A DNA stretch of 64,000 bases from an uncultured beta proteobacterium (GTDB taxonomy: Bacteria; Pseudomonadota; Gammaproteobacteria; Burkholderiales; Eutrophovitaceae): the NCBI GenBank assembly GCA_963792855.1, contig CAWBXZ010000017.1:5074-69073 (forward strand), in the 5' to 3' direction. The notes beneath the pieces are model-generated. The model was not told the origin of the DNA. It did not search any database and saw only the letters and a program-made list of their open reading frames with translations. Below, one piece after another: positions 58,323 through 64,000 of the stretch (its first letter is position 1; each line of letters opens with the position of its first letter). A program made the position numbers and the translations under genes.

Positions 58323-59588
58323 TCAGGCACCCTGTGTTCGCTCCAGGATGGCGCCAAAGAAGCCATCGCAGTGGTCGCTGTCCGGTAACACGCGGAAATA
58401 GGTGTTTGCCGGCAGACTGACGCCTTGTTCAGCAAGAATCGACTGACAGTCCAGCAGGCGAAACCTGCCATCTTGCGTCCTCAGGAAGTCGTCGACGACC
58501 TCCTCGTTTTCTTCGGCCAGCAGGCTGCAGGTCGCGTAAACCAGACGCCCGCCCGGTTTCAGTAGCTGGCTGCTCGCCGCGAGGATGCGCCGCTGCTTGG
58601 CGGCCAGTTCACCCACGCTTGCGGGCGACTGGCGCCATTTCATATCCGGATTGCGACGCAAAGTCCCGAGGCCGCTGCACGGTGCATCCACCAGCACCCT
58701 GTCGATCTTGCCGGCCAGGCGTTTTATCCTTGGATCACGCTCACTGCCGATCATCTGCGGATGCACGTTTGAAAGTCCGGAGCGCTTCAGCCGCTGTTTC
58801 AGCGATTCGAGGCGTTTTGTCGAAACATCAAAGGCGTACAGCCGTCCCTGATTGTGCATCATCGCGCCCAGCATCAGCGTTTTGCCGCCTGCGCCAGCGC
58901 AAAAATCAACCACCATCTGGCGCCGCGCCGGTGCCACCAGCATTCCGACAAGCTGACTGCCTTCGTCCTGCACTTCGATCTTGCCGCTCAGGAACAGATC
59001 GTTCCGGTTTAGTGCCGGCTTCGATTGCAGACGAATGCCAAAAGGTGAGTACGGTGTTGCAAGGGCATCGATTCCCTGCGCTTGCAATGCAGTGAGGACA
59101 TCTTCGCGGTTCGCCACCAGCGTATTGACCCGCAGATCGAGCGGTGCCGGTTCGAGCAGTGCTCTGCCCAGGCGAATCGCCTCCTCCTTGCCGTGCTGCG
59201 CTTCCAGTCGTTGCCACAGCCAGTCCGGCAGCGACAAGCGCACGGCCGGCGGCAGCGCGTCGGTCGCCGACTGTTTGACCGCGAGCAGCCATGGTTGATC
59301 CTGGCGGCCGGCCAGAGGCTCAAGGGCCTTGATCGACATGCCCTGCAATTTCAGCAGGCTGGCCAGCACCATGCGACGCGGATCGGGGTCCGGGACGATG
59401 GACTCGAGCAGCCGCTTGTTGCGAAGCACGCTGAACACGGTGTCGGCGACAAACGGACGGTCGTGACTGCCCAGTGCGCGGTTGCTGCGGAAAAACTCGC
59501 TCAGAACGGTGTCGGCCGGCCGATCGAGTTTGCAGGCAAGGGCGGTTGCCTCGCAGGCGGACTCCAGTAGCGATCTGGACAGTTTCAC
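58323..59588 (-). CDS. rsmB: 16S rRNA (cytosine-C5)-methyltransferase RsmB/Sun family
   Basis: NusB-like N-terminal domain. SAM motif DFCAGAGGKT. Catalytic DAPCSG and YATCS segments. Confidence 0.8.
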   Translation of the reverse strand: MKLSRSLLESACEATALACKLDRPADTVLSEFFRSNRALGSHDRPFVADTVFSVLRNKRLLESIVPDPDPRRMVLASLLKLQGMSIKALEPLAGRQDQPWLLAVKQSATDALPPAVRLSLPDWLWQRLEAQHGKEEAIRLGRALLEPAPLDLRVNTLVANREDVLTALQAQGIDALATPYSPFGIRLQSKPALNRNDLFLSGKIEVQDEGSQLVGMLVAPARRQMVVDFCAGAGGKTLMLGAMMHNQGRLYAFDVSTKRLESLKQRLKRSGLSNVHPQMIGSERDPRIKRLAGKIDRVLVDAPCSGLGTLRRNPDMKWRQSPASVGELAAKQRRILAASSQLLKPGGRLVYATCSLLAEENEEVVDDFLRTQDGRFRLLDCQSILAEQGVSLPANTYFRVLPDSDHCDGFFGAILERTQGA

Positions 59589-59595
59589 CCGGTGC

Positions 59596-60306
59596 TCAGG
59601 GATATCGAATCGCGGTGACCACGGAATCGAACCTGCGTCCTTTCTTGTCGGTAAATTGCATCTGGACCGGCAGATAGTTGTGCTCGGTAGCGACCCAGAA
59701 CTCGAAGCTGCGTTTGTCGTCCGGGCCGCGCACTTTTTCGATGTGGATGGTTTCGATCTCGCCGAGCGCAGACGCGATCCGCTCGTTGCCGACGATCCGG
59801 TAGTGGTACTCCCTCAACCGGCGCCCGTCAGTGACATGAACGCGAAAGCTTTCGGGCACCTTACCCGAAAATGCGAACGCGTAAGGCAGGCTGGCCTGGT
59901 CGATTGCTCCTGTCGGCAACTCAACGACTTCGTTCGATTCCCCGTGAATCAACCGCAGCTTGTTGTTTGTCCAGTCAAATTCCGCTGCCCTGATGCCGTC
60001 CTTGCGACCGCGCTCGACGAAACTGTCGGGCCGGAGGCCGGTATTGGTAATGGAGCCCTTGCTCTCGCGGCGAATGTCATCGATGAATATGGCGGCAATG
60101 CCTTTCGGGATGGTGTCGTTGTGCACCTGGTAGCGCTTGCCATCGTGTTTGAGCCTGTCCTCCCCGATTCCGAGGTTCATTTTTCCGAAGCGAATCTCGA
60201 AAGACAGTTCCACGTCCTGTGGCGGCATGGCCCGCGCCGTGCCCGCAGCCAGCAAGAGAGCCGGGATGAGGCAATGCAGGGCAAATTCTTTCAGTGCATG
60301 TTTCAT
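59596..60306 (-). CDS. DUF3108 domain protein (secreted)
   Basis: Signal peptide from the ATG at 60306. Beta-rich sequence. This family commonly lies between purN and rsmB in betaproteobacteria (from memory). Confidence 0.5.
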   Translation of the reverse strand: MKHALKEFALHCLIPALLLAAGTARAMPPQDVELSFEIRFGKMNLGIGEDRLKHDGKRYQVHNDTIPKGIAAIFIDDIRRESKGSITNTGLRPDSFVERGRKDGIRAAEFDWTNNKLRLIHGESNEVVELPTGAIDQASLPYAFAFSGKVPESFRVHVTDGRRLREYHYRIVGNERIASALGEIETIHIEKVRGPDDKRSFEFWVATEHNYLPVQMQFTDKKGRRFDSVVTAIRYP

Positions 60307-60334
60307 CGTGTCACACCTGTTTGGTCCTGTCCGC

Positions 60335-60982
60335 TCACGCGTCCGCCTCCCGTTCCCCGGGAGATATGACCGCTTCGGGAAAGCAAAGTGCGCCATGAAA
60401 CTTTACGCGCCCGTTTTCCAGTGACACCTTGTCTTCGAGCAGCCAGCGCACCGCCGTCGGGTAAATGCGGTGTTCCTGCTCCAGCACGCGGGCCGCCAGC
60501 GTTTCTGCATCATCTTCGGGGTGCACCGGGACGGCCGCCTGAATCACGATCGGTCCATGATCCAGCGCCGGGGTGACGAAATGGACGGTACAGCCGTGAA
60601 ATCTGACGCCCTCGTCGAGTGCCTGCTGGTGAGTGTTTACTCCGGTGAAGGCTGGCAGCAGAGATGGATGGATATTGAGCATACGCCCCGCGAAGCGTGT
60701 TACGAATGTTTCCGTCAGTATGCGCATGAAACCGGCCAGCACCACCAGATCCGGAGAAAAAGACGCGACTTCCGTTGCCAGTGCTGCGTCGAAGCTGCTT
60801 CGATCGGCAAAGTCGCGATGGTTGACGACGCGCGTTTCGACATGGTGCTGCCGGGCGTAGTCAAGACCGGCCGCAGACGGATTGTTGCTGACAACGCCCG
60901 CAATGGTTGCCGGCAATTTCGCCTCGAACAACGCGCGCATGTTGCTGCCGCGGCCGGATATGAGAACGACGATACGTTTCAT
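60335..60982 (-). CDS. purN: Phosphoribosylglycinamide formyltransferase
   Basis: MKRIVVLISGRGSNM, NIHPSLLP and HFVT..LDHGPI motifs. ATG at 60982. Confidence 0.9.
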   Translation of the reverse strand: MKRIVVLISGRGSNMRALFEAKLPATIAGVVSNNPSAAGLDYARQHHVETRVVNHRDFADRSSFDAALATEVASFSPDLVVLAGFMRILTETFVTRFAGRMLNIHPSLLPAFTGVNTHQQALDEGVRFHGCTVHFVTPALDHGPIVIQAAVPVHPEDDAETLAARVLEQEHRIYPTAVRWLLEDKVSLENGRVKFHGALCFPEAVISPGEREADA

Positions 60983-60995
60983 GTGTGGCGTCGCG

Positions 60996-62096
60996 TCAGA
61001 CAACGACCGTCTGGGCCTCGCTGCCGATGCGCTCGCGCACGATGCCCAGGCGATGGACCGTTTCTCCCTGGGCAGCAAGCACCCCGGTGAGACGGTCGGC
61101 ATCGTTTTCGGCACAGATGACGACCATGCCAATGCCGCAATTGAATACGCGCAGCATCTCCTGCTGCGCGACCTTGCCATTGGCCTGCAGCCAGTCGAAT
61201 ATCGGGGGCCGAGGCCACGCATCGCGCTGCAGCTCCGCCACCACGTTGGCGGGCAGTACACGGGGCACGTTTTCCAGCAAACCACCGCCGGTGATATGGG
61301 CCAGCCCCTTGATGGTTGCTTCCGCCATCGCCGCGAGCACTGCCTTTACGTAGATTCGTGTCGGCTCGAGCAGTGTCTCCCCCAGCGTGCTGCTGCCAAA
61401 AGGGGCCTCGAGGCCGGCGCCGGATCGCTCGACGATGCGTCTGATCAGCGAATAGCCGTTGGAGTGGGGGCCGCTGCTTGCCAGGCCGAGTACCACGTCA
61501 CCCGGGCGGATCGACTGACCGTCGATGATGGCCGACTTCTCGACCGCGCCAACCGCAAATCCGGCAAGGTCGTATTCGCCTTCTGCATACATGCCCGGCA
61601 TTTCGGCCGTCTCGCCGCCAATGAGGGCGCATCCTGCAAGCTCGCAACCGCGCGCAATGCCGCCGACAACCCGGGTGGCCACATCCACGTCGAGTTTCCC
61701 GCAGGAGAAATAGTCGAGGAAGAACAATGGCTCCGCGCCCTGTACGAGAATGTCGTTGACACTCATCGCCACCAGGTCGATCCCAATGGTGTCGTGCTGC
61801 CCGGTCAGTGACGCGAGCTTGAGCTTGGTGCCAACGCCGTCCGTGCCGGTGACCAGCACCGGCTGCCGATACCGGCCCGGGATTTCAAACAGGGCGCCGA
61901 AACCGCCGATGCCGGTTAACATGCCCTCTCTGGCAGTACGGCGAGCAAGCGATTTGATGTTTTCAACGAGTTGCTCACCGGCATCTATATCGACGCCGGC
62001 GTCACGGTAGGAAAGCGGTTTGTCCTTCGGGTCGGGTTTCAATCTGAGGTTGGATTCCAGGTTGAGTGGATGTTGGCTCCGGGATAGATTCGGCAA
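60996..62096 (-). CDS. purM: Phosphoribosylformylglycinamidine cyclo-ligase (AIR synthetase)
   Basis: [18 protein letters not shown] and GGETAEMPG motifs. The true start may be internal to the ORF. Confidence 0.9.
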   Translation of the reverse strand: MPNLSRSQHPLNLESNLRLKPDPKDKPLSYRDAGVDIDAGEQLVENIKSLARRTAREGMLTGIGGFGALFEIPGRYRQPVLVTGTDGVGTKLKLASLTGQHDTIGIDLVAMSVNDILVQGAEPLFFLDYFSCGKLDVDVATRVVGGIARGCELAGCALIGGETAEMPGMYAEGEYDLAGFAVGAVEKSAIIDGQSIRPGDVVLGLASSGPHSNGYSLIRRIVERSGAGLEAPFGSSTLGETLLEPTRIYVKAVLAAMAEATIKGLAHITGGGLLENVPRVLPANVVAELQRDAWPRPPIFDWLQANGKVAQQEMLRVFNCGIGMVVICAENDADRLTGVLAAQGETVHRLGIVRERIGSEAQTVVV

Positions 62097-62287
62097 CCCG
62101 GGTTCTATCGCGAGGCGGTGCTGTCAGAAACCTGCAGCGGCGGATACTGCTTCGGCGCCCGCGAATTCTACAAAAAAAATGAATAACATTCGCCCTGTTC
62201 CTTTTTTCCGCTTGACCGTTACGCCACGATCATGAACAACAATGCCGTCGAGCCCGGGTCTTTCCGATCAACCGAAGGAGGCGACTG

Positions 62288-62959
62288 ATGCGCCAACTCG
62301 CGCTATCGCTTGCGCCGCGGCCGTTGCCGAGACTCGGAAATTTTGTGCCCGGGCGCAACGCCGAGTTGCTCGCGATGCTGTCGGCGCTGGCTGCCGGCGA
62401 CCGTTCCGAGCGGATGGTCTATATCTGGGGCGGGCATGGTTGCGGCAAGACCCACTTGTTGCGGGCAATGTGCGCGGCTTTTTCCAGCCGAGGTGTCCCG
62501 GTCGCGATGCTCTCGGGTGTCGAAGAAGTGCCGGATTTCCGGCCGGCGGAGGTCGTTCTGGCAGATGACGTGGACCAACTGAGCGATGAGGGACAGGCGA
62601 GATTGTTCAATATCTACAACGCACAGCGTGACGGCAGCGGCGTGCTGATTGCAGCCGGTGCGGTCCCCAGCGCCCGCCTTCCTCTGCGGGAGGATCTGAA
62701 AACCCGCCTTGGCTGGGGCCTCGTTTACGAAGTCCACGGCCTGTCAGACGAAGAAAAGATGGCGGCGATGACCGAACACGCGCATGCGCGCGGCATCAAC
62801 CTGGGACGCGAGGTAATCGAGTACCTTTTCAGGCGCCAGGCGCGCGACCTGCCAGCCTTGCTTGCGCTGCTCGAAGCCCTTGACCTTTACTCGCTGGAAA
62901 ACAAGCGCGCCATCACCATACCGCTTGTGCGCGAGCTCCTGTCCGATTCTGGTGTATGA
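62288..62959 (+). CDS. hda: DnaA regulatory inactivator Hda
   Basis: About 223-aa DnaA domain III-like protein with Walker A GGHGCGKTHLL. N-terminal QLAL clamp-binding-like motif. Divergent from purM. Confidence 0.8.
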   Translation: MRQLALSLAPRPLPRLGNFVPGRNAELLAMLSALAAGDRSERMVYIWGGHGCGKTHLLRAMCAAFSSRGVPVAMLSGVEEVPDFRPAEVVLADDVDQLSDEGQARLFNIYNAQRDGSGVLIAAGAVPSARLPLREDLKTRLGWGLVYEVHGLSDEEKMAAMTEHAHARGINLGREVIEYLFRRQARDLPALLALLEALDLYSLENKRAITIPLVRELLSDSGV

Positions 62960-63174
62960 ATGTTTTTCGGATCGCCGGACACAGGCGTTGGTGTCGCCGC
63001 GTCACAGCATCGCAGCCGGCTTCGGTGCAGGCCAATTCGGCTATACTCGTTCGCACGCACTGTGCTCAAGTGATTGAACTCCATGACGTCATTCATGATT
63101 GACGCGAAAAGCCTTACGCCGCCGGGCCGGCATTGCGCCCGACGCAGCGCCTTCCTTTTGGCGGGGCTTGCAGC

Positions 63175-63831
63175 GTGAAACTGGCGTTATTCGATCTGGA
63201 TAACACGCTGCTGTCGGGTGACAGCGATTTCGAGTGGGCGCAATTCCTCATCGACAAGAACGTTCTCGACCGCGAGGTGTACGAAGCGCGTAATCAGGAG
63301 TTCTATGAAGCCTACAAGGCGGGCACCCTGGACATTCATGAATTTCTGGATTTTCAGCTCAAGCCGCTGTCGCGGCATCCACGCAGTCAGCTCGACGAGT
63401 GGCACGCCGAGTTCATGGAGGAAAGAATCCTGCCGATGATTTCAACCAAGGCGCGCGATCTTGTCTCCAGTCATGAGGAAGATGCGCGGGTGATCGTTAC
63501 CGCGACGAACAGCTTTGTGACGTGGCCGATTGCCCGTGAATTCGGCATCGAAAACCTCATAGCGACCGAGCCCGAGGAGATCGATGGCGAGTTCACCGGC
63601 CGTGTGCACGGCACCCCCGCGTTTCGCGACGGTAAAGTGGAGCGCCTGAAGGAGTGGTTCAAGGAACATGATCTTGAATGGGGCGCGTTCGCCGAAACCT
63701 GGTTCTACAGCGATTCGCTCAACGATCTGCCGTTGCTCGGCATCGTCAGTCATCCGGTTGCGGTTGACCCGGACGAGACGCTGAAAGAACATGCGCTGGA
63801 GCAAGGCTGGCAAGTCATCAGCCTGCGTTGA
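63175..63831 (+). CDS. HAD-IB family hydrolase (SerB-like)
   Basis: LALFDLDNTLL motif I, VTATNS motif II, YSDSLNDLPLL motif IV. GTG at 63175. Confidence 0.75.
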   Translation: MKLALFDLDNTLLSGDSDFEWAQFLIDKNVLDREVYEARNQEFYEAYKAGTLDIHEFLDFQLKPLSRHPRSQLDEWHAEFMEERILPMISTKARDLVSSHEEDARVIVTATNSFVTWPIAREFGIENLIATEPEEIDGEFTGRVHGTPAFRDGKVERLKEWFKEHDLEWGAFAETWFYSDSLNDLPLLGIVSHPVAVDPDETLKEHALEQGWQVISLR

Positions 63832-63870
63832 TTGACTTCGGACCACCCTCCCGGTCGGCTCGGTTTGGAT

Positions 63871-64000
63871 TTGACGCGCAAGTTCGTTTTCTTCGTTGCG
63901 CTGGCACTTTTGTCGCTGCTCGCGGGGCTTGCAACAGGCAGCGTCACGCTCGGCACTGATGAACTTCTCGCCGCGCTGCGCAACGACGAAGGGATCGCCT
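63871..64000 (+). CDS. Possible N-terminus of a FecCD-family (iron/cobalamin) ABC permease, 3' end outside window
   Basis: Open frame from the TTG at 63871: TRKFVFFVALALLSLLAGLATGSVTLGTDELLAALRN resembles BtuC/HmuU N-termini. Only 43 codons are visible. Confidence 0.3.
   Translation, partial: MTRKFVFFVALALLSLLAGLATGSVTLGTDELLAALRNDEGIA

Overview
GC-rich chromosomal segment from a proteobacterium. GC was judged by eye, not computed. Gene content and local synteny (dut-coaBC/radC/rpmBG, purMN-hda, liv ABC genes) look beta/gamma-proteobacterial, and the sulfur genes suggest a sulfur-oxidising chemolithotroph. I call about 62 protein-coding genes, densely packed on both strands. I recognised no rRNA, tRNA, CRISPR array, transposase, integrase or phage gene, so this reads as core or accessory chromosome, not a mobile island.

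Main modules, in order:
- LivHM permeases plus a binding protein.
- A DUF1111 di-heme protein.
- A divergent PQQ dehydrogenase with its own cytochrome c.
- An EF-G paralogue.
- Two sulfurtransferases, pobA, and an AraC-MGMT (Ada-like) gene.
- A truncated sox cluster (tlpA-like, soxYZAXB, no soxCD).
- A PA0069-type radical SAM gene and an HDAC-family gene that appears to carry a Tat signal.
- An orphan type IV pilin behind a sigma54-type promoter.
- A TrpB2 / threonine-dehydratase-like pair.
- A HEAT-repeat protein translationally coupled to a GT2-like membrane protein, with a divergent SGNH hydrolase.
- A YbiB/TrpD2-like gene plus a PP2C phosphatase.
- A canonical xoxF-xoxJ-xoxG cluster.
- A GldAFG-like ABC system with DUF4340 and a secreted MBL-fold hydrolase, wedged between radC and rpmBG.
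- A desaturase, then rsmB, purN, purM, hda.

Best candidates for something undescribed:
1. The HEAT / GT2-like / SGNH module, where the GT2 catalytic motifs look degenerate.
2. The PQQ dehydrogenase with the lanthanide-type DYD motif but Phe-Phe in place of the vicinal Cys-Cys.
3. The Tat-signal HDAC-family enzyme.
4. The EF-G paralogue with a Tyr in place of the catalytic His.

A recurring oddity is that three unrelated genes carry tandem duplications of their own 3' termini, stop codon included.

All family calls come from reading the translated ORFs and remembered motifs. No database search was possible, and most start codons are best guesses.
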